Of a stretch of DNA of 64,000 bases, positions 20,476 through 30,264 are shown piece after piece. The stretch comes from Candidatus Hydrogenedentota bacterium (GTDB lineage: Bacteria > Hydrogenedentota > Hydrogenedentia > Hydrogenedentales > SLHB01). The DNA is taken from contig CAVUWV010000008.1 of NCBI GenBank assembly GCA_963745075.1, positions 224,001 to 288,000 of the forward strand, written 5' to 3'. The notes under the pieces are model-generated. The model saw only the letters and a program-made list of their open reading frames with translations, was not told the origin of the DNA and did no database searches. Position 1 is the stretch's first letter; every line of letters starts with the position of its first letter. The position numbers were made by a program, and so were the translations under genes.

Positions 20476-21332
20476 TCACTTCTTGATTAGGTCCACGACC
20501 TCGCTGATGATTCGCGCGACGGGGATGCCGGCGGCTTCCAGCTTTTCGATTTTGGCTGCGGCCGTGTCGTCTTCGCCGCCGACGATGGCGCCGGCGTGGC
20601 CCATGCGGCGTCCCGGGGGCGCGGTCAGGCCGGCCATGAACCCGACGACCTTCTTCTTCATGTGCTTCTTAAAATACTCCGCCGCGACAACCTCGTCTTG
20701 GCCGCCGATCTCGCCGACGATAACGATGGATTCAGTGTCGGGATCTTCTTCGAAGAGGGGCAGCAGATCGACGAACTTGCTTCCGATGATCGGATCGCCG
20801 CCGATGCCGATGCAGGTAGTCTCGCCCAGACCTGCGTCGGTGAGTTCCTTCACGATCTCGTAGGTGAGCGTGCCGCTGCGCGAAATCACGCCGACCTTGC
20901 CCGGCGCGTGAATTGGTCCCGGCATGATCCCGATTTTGCATTCGCCCGGCGTGATGAGGCCCGGACAGTTCGGCCCGATCATCCGGATGCCTTTTGCGGT
21001 GAGCGCTTCGTAGGCTTCGAGCACGTCAAGGGTCGGAACGCCTTCGGTGATGACGACCAGCAGTTTGAGTGGCGCCGCAGCGGCGTCGAGCATGGCCGCC
21101 TTCGCAAATTTCGCCGGCACGTACATGACCGAAACGTCCGCACCGGTCGCGTTGACGGCCTCATTCACGGAGTTGAAGACCGGCACGTCGAAGATGGTTT
21201 GGCCGCCCTTGCCGGGCGTGACGCCGGCGACGACCTTCGTGCCGTACTGAATCATCTGTTCGGTGTGAAACGAGCCATCCCGGCCGGTAATGCCCTGGAC
21301 AATAACTTTAGTATCTGCATTGATCAGAATGC

Positions 21333-21336
<4 letters not shown>
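20476..21336 (-). CDS. sucD: Succinyl-CoA synthetase alpha subunit
   Basis: [46 protein letters not shown] start overlaps the sucC stop. Confidence 0.97.
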
Positions 21337-22475
<1,139 letters not shown>

Positions 22476-22645
22476 GTGCAACCCTCTCGTGGATGGGCCC
22501 CAACGCGCCGGACCAAATGCCCCACGCGCGACGCCGATTGGGGGAGAAGTCGTAACGGCAAACGTCCACCGTCACAAGAACCCGCAGAATAGCGGCTTAC
22601 GGGGAAGGTTTTCAACCTGCCTTCTTGCATCGTTCTCGATGATTG

Positions 22646-22675
22646 CGTACAATTATATGTACAGCAAATTGTACT
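22646..22675. promoter_or_regulatory. YefM/Phd-type autorepression operator
   Basis: Three GTAC-core sites (CGTACA, TGTACA, TGTACT) at exact 12-bp spacing directly upstream of the antitoxin RBS. Confidence 0.65.
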
Positions 22676-22687
22676 TGGAGGCCCGAC

Positions 22688-22969
22688 ATGTCCAGACTCA
22701 GAATCGATGAAGACATTCGCCCGCTATCTGAATTCCGGGCCGCTGTTGCCACATTTGTGAAACAGATACGGGAAACGCAGCGTCCCCTTGTCCTAACGCA
22801 ACACGGGCGCGGCGTAGCGGTTCTCGTCGACGCGGGCGAGTACGAACGAATGCGGGAACGGCTGGAAATCCTGGAAGACATCTATCGTGCCGAGTCACAG
22901 CTCGCGGCCGGCGAGGGCGTTCCGCATGACCGTGCCCGGGCGAGTGTGCTGAAAGAAATCGGCCGTTGA
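22688..22969 (+). CDS. Phd/YefM family antitoxin
   Basis: IRPLSEFR...PLVLTQHGRGVAVLVDAGEYE. Confidence 0.9.
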   Translation: MSRLRIDEDIRPLSEFRAAVATFVKQIRETQRPLVLTQHGRGVAVLVDAGEYERMRERLEILEDIYRAESQLAAGEGVPHDRARASVLKEIGR

Positions 22970-23268
22970 CGATCACATGGTCACCGCTCGCGCTGGACCG
23001 GGTGCGCGAGATTACGCTGTACATCGCACAAGACAACCCGGATGTGGCGGCGCTGTGGGTAGAGAGACTCTTCGACAGCGTTCAGCGGCTGGGCGCGTAC
23101 CCTGAGAGTGGCCGGGTCGTACCCGGGTTGGGAGTCGCCAGAATACGAGAGGTGGTCTTCGGTGCCTATCGGGTCATTTACACCACGAAGGACGAAATCG
23201 AGATCCTTACCGTACGCCGCGGAAGTCAGTTGCTACGGGAGGACGAAACGCGTGACGAGCCCTCATAG
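22966..23268 (+). CDS. RelE/ParE family toxin
   Basis: WSPLALDRV...YIAQDNP...YPESGRVVP...IRE...YRVIY. Overlaps the antitoxin stop. Confidence 0.9.
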   Translation: MTITWSPLALDRVREITLYIAQDNPDVAALWVERLFDSVQRLGAYPESGRVVPGLGVARIREVVFGAYRVIYTTKDEIEILTVRRGSQLLREDETRDEPS

Positions 23269-23338
23269 CATGAACCTCTGTGTCCTCGAAGAACGACGAG
23301 AATGTACGGAAGTCTGCTAACCGATTAGGGAAGAACTG

Positions 23339-26300
23339 TCAACGGTGCGCCTTAAGGGATGCTCGCCGATAGCCAGAAACCGAATCCTGTGATCCCGCAT
23401 CCCGCATAGCCTCATGCAGGCGCAACGCCTGTAGGCAGAATGCCTCAAGCCGGGCCTCGATGATTTGGGGAAATGCGTTGCCGTCGGTTTCGATGGCGAG
23501 GAAGGGGAGTTTCCGGTTGCCTTGCAGCAGGGGCGCGGCGATGCCGTTGCCGTTTCCATTGCCGGAATGGATGGCCCGTTTTTCCGCTGTATTCAGTTTC
23601 TGATTCAGTATCGATTCGGCCACGCGCGAGGGCATGCAGCCGAAGGGGCCGATGGAAATAATTCCGCAGGACGGGTGCAACACTTCGTGCAGCGCGGCGC
23701 CGACGGTGAGAATGCTCTCACCCGTGAGACGCGGCGAGACGTAGCGGCTCCCGGCGTCGACAATCGGGTCCACGTCGGCCTTTTCTTCGTAGAATAGCCC
23801 TGCGGGTTTCAATAAGGTCCGGATACGCCGCTCAAAGTATTGCTTGGTCCAGTAGCGCGGCCAGAAACTCAAGGACTTCTCGCTTTCGATTCCCCGCTTC
23901 GCGAGCCAATCCAGGTACTTGATCCATTCGCTGGTCTTCGAGGTACGGACAACGAACCCGCGGTCGGCCAACCGTTCCACGATTCGTTGCAGGGAAATGG
24001 GATCGTTGCGGACGTAGATCTCGCCGATGAGCGAAAGTTTGGGATACTCGTCATAGGGTCGCGCTAGCCGAATATTGCCCAACCGCCGACCCGTCGCCGT
24101 CAATTGGCGCGCGAGTGCGGACCAACTCTTGTCGGCTACCCGCAGGATGGCGGCGTGCTCTTCGTCAAGGATCCGCAATGCGCCTTCGCGATCCACGGCC
24201 GCGGCGAGTAGCGTTGCCCACATTTCGTCGAAAAGATCGCCGATGATGACCGCGCGCCATGCGGCCAAGGCGAAACGCTCGCCTAATCCACTGTATCCGT
24301 CTTCCGCCGCGAGCGAGAAAATTGCAACGTCCCGAACGTGGCGTTTCTCGATGAGGTTTTTCGAGAAGGTAGCGTACTGACCGAATCGGCAGGGGCCGTT
24401 CGCGGTCGCCATGAAGTATGCCGTGATTTCGCCTTCGGGACGACGGGAGAGGTAGTGAAGGAAAGACCCCGTAGTCGTCTGCAGGGGCAGACACTCTTTG
24501 CACGAGGAATTCCCACGCCCGAGCTTCAGCACTTCCTCGTTTGCCGGAGGCAGCGCCTCAGCCCGGACCCCGACCCGGCCGAACGACTTCGCCAATAACG
24601 GCGTTCCATAGCGCCCCATGGCGGGCACGAGGATTTTCACGCGCGAGTTGCGAAGGGACACCCATTCCTGCTGCGACGTGAGAATGCCGGGCAACCCGTT
24701 CCGTTGCGTGAATCGCGCGGGATAGTACCCGTTCGATTTCGCTGTTGGCACGCGCGATTTCTGAATCTGCTGATAAAATCGGACGATGTCGAGGAAGGCT
24801 TCGATACGCGTCTCAATCCCCGCGTCCGCGGTGTGGCTGTCAAGTTCGAGGGTCAACGACGGTTTGCGCCCCATGATATCGCGGAAGAATCCCACGAGGA
24901 ACGAATCCGGCCCGCACGAGAAGTTCGTGATGTAGGTGCCGAAGAGTTGTGGGTGGTTCCGAACGATCTGCGCGGCGCGCAGAATGAGGCGTCCCATGGC
25001 CCAGTACATGTTTTGGCCGTCGTCAAGTTCTTCGCCGTCGGAGGGGATCATGTCCAGCGGAATGACGCGCACACCGCGGGACGCCAGTTTCGCGGGGATG
25101 CCTTTGTTCGCTGCGCTCGTGAAACTGTTGTAGGGACGGCCGAACAGGATCACCGCGAATTCGTCGGGATTGCCGCAGAGGGCATCCAACGCGTCTTTTC
25201 CCATGCGTTGGATGTCTTCGTGGAAGGTTCGCTGTTCCGCGGTGGCGGCCTCAAGCGCGGGTTTTATCTTGTTTGCAGACACGCCCAGTTCACGTGCGAC
25301 CTCCCGGAATGCGTCCAGATTGGATTCAATCCCTCGCGAAAAGTCGAAGTACGGTGTGAGCACCCGGCGCGATTCGAGTTCCGGGAAGACAGCCCGCAGG
25401 TAATAGGGTTCCCCCTGCACGAACACGCAGGTGCACGAGTTTTCCTTCCCGTTGTTCGTTGGAATTCCGCGCAAGTGGGGCAGAAGAACGAAGTCGGGGC
25501 CCTTGACCAGAAGGTTTCCGAGGTAGCCGTGGGCCTGTTCGACCGGATAACAGAACGCCGCGCCTTGCCGATCCACGGCGTTTGGTTCGATCGCATCGGG
25601 CAAGACAACCCGGAAACCCAGTTCCGCGAAGAAGCGGTTGTATAACGGGAAGTACGTGTGTGTGAGAAACGATCGGTTCAGCCCGATGGTCGGTCGCGTG
25701 TCGTTCGGATTGTCGGGCGCGAGATCGCGAAATACGCGCCGCTCCCGCATAAGGACGAGATCGAGCCCCGCGGGATCGATCTTGCGTCCGTGAATGAGGT
25801 TGTCATACCGATTACAGATCCCGCCGAAGGGGTAGGTCTTCCCGTTAATGCGGATGCGAGCGATGATGCAACCGCGGTCGCATTTCTCCTTGCCGCCTTT
25901 GCACTGGAATGCCTTGCCGTACTCGAGTTCGCGTTCGGCGAGCACGCGTAAGTCGAAGCTGCCCGCTTCCAGCAGGCCCTGTTCCATCCGTTGCTCGACG
26001 GCGAGCGCAACGCCGTATGCACCCATGAGACCCGGGTCCGGTGGCACGACCACGTTTTTCCCGGTGAGCGCGGCCATGGCGACCGGTACGGCCTCGTTGT
26101 AACAGACACCACCCTGGACGAAAATCTTCTGACCAACGGGCCGGTTACCTTTGACGCGGTTCGTGTAGTTCATGCAAATCGAATAGACGAGCCCCGCGAC
26201 GATGTCCGGCACGCTGACGCCTTCCTGGGCTGCGCGTTTGATGTCGGACCCGATGAAGGCCGCACACTGGTCGTTGAAGTTAGGCGGCGCCTCGGCTTCC

Positions 26301-27703
26301 ATGGCCGTTTTGCCGATGGACGTGACGTCGATGCCGAGACTTTCCTTCGCGGCCTCTTCGAGAAACGATCCCGTGCCCGCGCTGCACGCCTCATTCATGG
26401 CGTAGTCACTGGGCACACCGTTCGTGATGTAGGTGTACTTGGCGTCCTGCCCGCCGATCTCGAAAATCGTGTCAACCTCCGGATCGAAATGAACTGCCGC
26501 AGTCGCGTGGGCGATGATCTCGTTGATGACGCCGTCGGTCATCGCGTGCAACCCGGCGATCTGCCGTCCGCTGCCGGTGACGCCTAATCCCTCGATGGCA
26601 AGGGGCGCGTCGATTTGGCCGGCGAGACTTTCGTAAACCTGCCGCGACGCGCCGACGGGGTCGCCGTTGGTGCGCAGGTATTCCGCGGCGAGAATTGCCT
26701 TGTCGCGTCGCCGCATGACGACGCCCTTCGTCGTGGTCGATCCCACATCCAGCCCGAGAATCGCCACATCGCCGGGTTCGGCCTTCGTCCACGGCTGCTT
26801 CTTGAATTCAACCATGTCGCGGAACCCGGCGAGCGGCCGGTGAAACGAAACGGTCCGGCATCCGTCGCGAAATACGCCGTCCAACGTGGTAAAGGGAACG
26901 GTTTGATGATCCAGCGCCCAGAGCCCCGCTCCCAACGCTTCAAACCACGGCGCCTCTTCAGGCACGTGCAGATCGTCGACCGCGCCGCGTAAGTGATGGA
27001 CGAGCCACCGGTTTTGCGCGCAACCCCCGACGAGCATGACGGCGCTGCGCGGCAACTGCTTGAGCAGTTCCACCAGTTTGTCGGCCATCATCTTCGTGAG
27101 GCCCGCCACTACCTCCGGTTTCGGGACGCCCTTGTTAAGGGCATGGGTACAATCGCTCTTGCAAAAAACGGAACAACGTCCGGAAACGCGGTGCACGGCC
27201 TCCGGCAAGTCCATGGCGGCCACGTCGGCGAGCGTGATATCCATGCGCCGCAGTTGTTGTAGAAAGAATTCGCCCGTGCCCGACGCGCACTTGTTGCCGG
27301 TGTGGATGGCTTGCACGCGGCCGTCCGCATCAAGATGGTAGATCATAAACGTCTCGCCGCCCGCGCTCATGATCACGCGATAGGGATGGTCTTGCGGCAA
27401 CACGTGGGCCGTCGCAATCTCGAGGGCTTCGGGTTCGGAGATGGTGGAGAGTGTGACGTGATCCCGGAACTTCCGGCCCGTCGCGGCGATAGCGAAATTC
27501 GGCAAACCCCCGACCTCGCCCAACAACTCGCGTAGTCGTTTGCGCGGCGTTCCCTCGTGGGCCACGGTTCGCGCCCAATCGAATTCGACGCGGCCCTTCG
27601 TTCGATGAAGCTGGACCAAGCCGATGGTCGATGCGCCCAGGCAAATCCCCAAGGCCTGTCCAGATGAATTGTTCCCCGCGTGCGATTCGTCTTGATCGTT
27701 CAT
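23339..27703 (-). CDS. Acyl-CoA dehydratase activase-related protein (two BcrAD/BadFG ATPase domains plus DUF2229)
   Basis: KCASGTG, CSVFCKSD, GLDVGSTTTK, GVTGSGR, EIGGQDAKY, MNEACSAGTGSFLEE, FCYP, FSCGPD, GPCRFGQY, PFGCMP. Confidence 0.9.
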   Translation of the reverse strand: MNDQDESHAGNNSSGQALGICLGASTIGLVQLHRTKGRVEFDWARTVAHEGTPRKRLRELLGEVGGLPNFAIAATGRKFRDHVTLSTISEPEALEIATAHVLPQDHPYRVIMSAGGETFMIYHLDADGRVQAIHTGNKCASGTGEFFLQQLRRMDITLADVAAMDLPEAVHRVSGRCSVFCKSDCTHALNKGVPKPEVVAGLTKMMADKLVELLKQLPRSAVMLVGGCAQNRWLVHHLRGAVDDLHVPEEAPWFEALGAGLWALDHQTVPFTTLDGVFRDGCRTVSFHRPLAGFRDMVEFKKQPWTKAEPGDVAILGLDVGSTTTKGVVMRRRDKAILAAEYLRTNGDPVGASRQVYESLAGQIDAPLAIEGLGVTGSGRQIAGLHAMTDGVINEIIAHATAAVHFDPEVDTIFEIGGQDAKYTYITNGVPSDYAMNEACSAGTGSFLEEAAKESLGIDVTSIGKTAMEAEAPPNFNDQCAAFIGSDIKRAAQEGVSVPDIVAGLVYSICMNYTNRVKGNRPVGQKIFVQGGVCYNEAVPVAMAALTGKNVVVPPDPGLMGAYGVALAVEQRMEQGLLEAGSFDLRVLAERELEYGKAFQCKGGKEKCDRGCIIARIRINGKTYPFGGICNRYDNLIHGRKIDPAGLDLVLMRERRVFRDLAPDNPNDTRPTIGLNRSFLTHTYFPLYNRFFAELGFRVVLPDAIEPNAVDRQGAAFCYPVEQAHGYLGNLLVKGPDFVLLPHLRGIPTNNGKENSCTCVFVQGEPYYLRAVFPELESRRVLTPYFDFSRGIESNLDAFREVARELGVSANKIKPALEAATAEQRTFHEDIQRMGKDALDALCGNPDEFAVILFGRPYNSFTSAANKGIPAKLASRGVRVIPLDMIPSDGEELDDGQNMYWAMGRLILRAAQIVRNHPQLFGTYITNFSCGPDSFLVGFFRDIMGRKPSLTLELDSHTADAGIETRIEAFLDIVRFYQQIQKSRVPTAKSNGYYPARFTQRNGLPGILTSQQEWVSLRNSRVKILVPAMGRYGTPLLAKSFGRVGVRAEALPPANEEVLKLGRGNSSCKECLPLQTTTGSFLHYLSRRPEGEITAYFMATANGPCRFGQYATFSKNLIEKRHVRDVAIFSLAAEDGYSGLGERFALAAWRAVIIGDLFDEMWATLLAAAVDREGALRILDEEHAAILRVADKSWSALARQLTATGRRLGNIRLARPYDEYPKLSLIGEIYVRNDPISLQRIVERLADRGFVVRTSKTSEWIKYLDWLAKRGIESEKSLSFWPRYWTKQYFERRIRTLLKPAGLFYEEKADVDPIVDAGSRYVSPRLTGESILTVGAALHEVLHPSCGIISIGPFGCMPSRVAESILNQKLNTAEKRAIHSGNGNGNGIAAPLLQGNRKLPFLAIETDGNAFPQIIEARLEAFCLQALRLHEAMRDAGSQDSVSGYRRASLKAHR

Positions 27704-28465
27704 AGCATCAGCGCGTCTAGGGAGACCGACGACATGCGCTCGCCAGTCCCTTTCACTGACGACCCCCCATTCGTTGCGCCATCCGACCGGCTCCGCTTCC
27801 CGAACTATTCTAGCAAAAACAAGCGCGGAGCGTACGGCCGTCCATTGTAGCAGCGGGACTTAGCCGCTCCACACCCGCAATGACCGGGATCGGCCGGCGG
27901 GCAACTGGCTTCAGTTTTCCGTCCAATGGCTGGTTTTCAGAGAGCATGGCGCGTGCCGGTGAAAACCTGGAGTGCAAGTTACGTATTTACAGGATCTTAC
28001 AGAATAAGAACCTGATCGAATGAACGGCTCGATTCCGAGCCTATACATCGAACGCGCGCGGTGTGGACAAATAATGCTCAGCGGCCGTGCCAGTACGAGT
28101 TCCCCCAAGGCAATCCCACTAAATAAGCCCCAAATCCGCATTTCGTACCGCCCGAAAGGCGTCGGCTTGCGGACCGGTACCGTGGGTGTGAGAATTCCGG
28201 GTCACGAACACCATTCGGTGGCGGGGGAAGCGCGAGTCCTCTTTATACTCGCCACTGCCGCCGTAGTAGACGAGGTATAGATCACCATTTTCGAGTTCCG
28301 TAATCGACCCGGGCAGCTTGTATTCACCGGGAATCTAACCCCCTTGACGAGCGAGATCCTCTCGCCCAGAATACCAGCGGCCGCTGGCGTTAACGTGTCG
28401 CTGGCGTACAAGGACCTGCGCAGGCACAAGGAGCCGCAAGAAACCGGCGCAAACAGCGGCCCCTC

Positions 28466-28759
28466 CTCGACCGCCAAAATGCAAACAGCGAAACCCGCAA
28501 CGATGCCGCGCAAACCATCACGTCCGACAACAACGGCACCCCCTTCCCCGAAGGCCCGAATGTCGGCCCGAATTCTCAGGGCGCCGACCTCAACCTCGTC
28601 AATCCCGAAGAATTCGATATTCGCCCGAGGAAAGGATCGCCGCTCATCGACGCCGGTCGCAAACTCCCCGGCATCACCGACAACTTCCAGGGTGCCGCCC
28701 CCGACCCCGGCGCCTACCCCTGGCGGGCCGGCATCACGTGGGATCCGAAGGTGCCTTAG
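28466..28759 (+). pseudogene. C-terminal remnant of a right-handed parallel beta-helix protein
   Basis: A frame without a start reads DLNLVNPEEFDIRPRKGSPLIDAGRKLPGITDNFQGAAPDPGAY, the typical DFRLxxGSPAIDAG...APDIGAY tail. Confidence 0.6.
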
Positions 28760-28839
28760 GGAACTGTTGTTTCGCGCTTTCAGAGTCCATGAGCTCATTC
28801 CAACTCAGATGCTGAGAACGAAGCAAAACCGGCGCCCGC

Positions 28840-29874
28840 TCAAGGATTGATCGGAACTGCCATTCCCGCGCCTTGTAGACGCGGGGCGCTAATCAACCGA
28901 TCCATGAACGCACCGAGGCGAAACCCCGCACTGGCGAGAAAGGCCACGCGTCGCTCGGACGAGTCCACGTCGGTATCCGTGTAAAGATTGATGACGGCCA
29001 GCACGCGATCCGGCGTGCCAACGGGAATCGTGTAGTGTCCATGCGCTCTCATGCCTAGCCATTTGTGCTCGTGCCGGCTGTCATCAAAACAGCTTCGGCA
29101 AACCAGCACGCGCCCCTCCACCGCGGCCCGTCCGCAAAGGCATTTGCCCAGAGGTACCGTCTTTTCGTCCTCCAGGAATCTCGGACTGAAATTCCCGTCT
29201 ACGACGACCAGCCGCAACACATTTTGATCGAAGTTGACTTCGAACGCTAAGCCGCTTGCATAAGATTTGAATTCGTGCAGCGTGAGGAAGAGCCTGAGGG
29301 CACGCGTCAGGAGTTCGACGGACGATCGAGCCGTATTGCCGATCACATCAATCTGTTGAGGCAGCGAACATTCTTCCGTACGGGTTGTTTGTTCCTGTTC
29401 TGCTTTCTTTTTGGCGCTGGAATCGTGCCTTACCGAAATGAAACAGCCAATTCGGCCGTCGCTCTGCATAACAGGCGTAATCGTCTGCTCATCCACATAG
29501 AGTCGGCCGTCCTTCTTACGATTGACGATATCGCCCTGCCAGGTGTGCCCGGCGAGTAGATGGCGCCACATGGCCTGATAGAAAAATGCGTCGTGCTTGC
29601 CTGATTTCAGGATGCGGGGCGTCTTCCCCAAGGATTCCGCTGCGGAATACCCGGTCAAGACGCAGAACGCCGAATTCACGTAGCGGATGGTCCCCACCGC
29701 ATCCGTTATCGATACGGGTTCCCGTGATGCATGGAATGATTGGGAGTACGTATGGATCAGCGCATCGACGGCGTTTTGCGAATGCCTCCGCGTGCCGTTT
29801 TGTAACCCTGCGGCCACGTTCGTATCCGGTCTCTTGTCGGGCACGGTCATCTTGAAGAACTTCATACCGATCAT
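28840..29874 (-). CDS. PAS-PAC plus GAF sensor protein with no output domain
   Basis: ITDAVGTIRYVNSAFCVLTGYS...GKTPRILKSG...WQGDIVNRKKDG (PAS). GKCLCGRAA...HGHYTIP...VINLY (GAF). Confidence 0.8.
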   Translation of the reverse strand: MIGMKFFKMTVPDKRPDTNVAAGLQNGTRRHSQNAVDALIHTYSQSFHASREPVSITDAVGTIRYVNSAFCVLTGYSAAESLGKTPRILKSGKHDAFFYQAMWRHLLAGHTWQGDIVNRKKDGRLYVDEQTITPVMQSDGRIGCFISVRHDSSAKKKAEQEQTTRTEECSLPQQIDVIGNTARSSVELLTRALRLFLTLHEFKSYASGLAFEVNFDQNVLRLVVVDGNFSPRFLEDEKTVPLGKCLCGRAAVEGRVLVCRSCFDDSRHEHKWLGMRAHGHYTIPVGTPDRVLAVINLYTDTDVDSSERRVAFLASAGFRLGAFMDRLISAPRLQGAGMAVPINP

Positions 29875-30033
29875 TCCTTACCCGCCTGGCCCGACCTGGA
29901 ACGTTCTTTTGTCCCAGATTCGCCGCGAATCCCCGCAGGACGGTACTGCCGGGTCGGTCACGCGGCACGGTCTGTCCGGAACACCGTCCCATCGACGGGT
30001 TCCGGCTCGTTGCCAGCACTCGACACTACACTA

Positions 30034-30050
30034 AGCAAGCCCAATGCCAG
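30034..30050 (-). promoter_or_regulatory. Sigma-54 (-24/-12) promoter
   Basis: Minus strand CTGGCATTGGGCTTGCT: GG-N10-GC with TGGCA/TTGCT consensus, facing the PAS-GAF gene. Confidence 0.75.
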
Positions 30051-30087
30051 CGCCAAGAGCTTCTCAATCGAGACATAAGTCACGTTT

Positions 30088-30100
30088 TATCAATATATTA
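30088..30100 (+). promoter_or_regulatory. IHF-like binding site
   Basis: TATCAATATATTA matches WATCAANNNNTTR, within an AT-rich island. Confidence 0.55.
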
Positions 30101-30133
30101 GATAAAAGAAGAACAAAGTTGTTTCATTTGATC

Positions 30134-30181
30134 TGTCCAATTTGTTAAACTAATTCAAGATGTTGTCCAATATTTTGGAAA
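30134..30181. promoter_or_regulatory. Putative enhancer (UAS) sites for a sigma-54 activator
   Basis: TGTCCAA repeated 30 bp apart (30134, 30164). The second is part of the dyad TCCAA-TATT-TTGGA. The sites lie ~85-130 bp upstream of the -24 element. Confidence 0.5.
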
Positions 30182-30264
30182 TCACCTCTCAGACAAGGGG
30201 CCGGCACGGACGGTTATTCCGCTGAAAAATGTTGCGCGTAAACGCGCTCTTGAGGTAGGCAGAC

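Noticed and set aside
27900..28340. Possible gene or element in the gap upstream of the beta-helix remnant
   Set aside because: The short ORFs lack motifs, and I found no repeats or termini.
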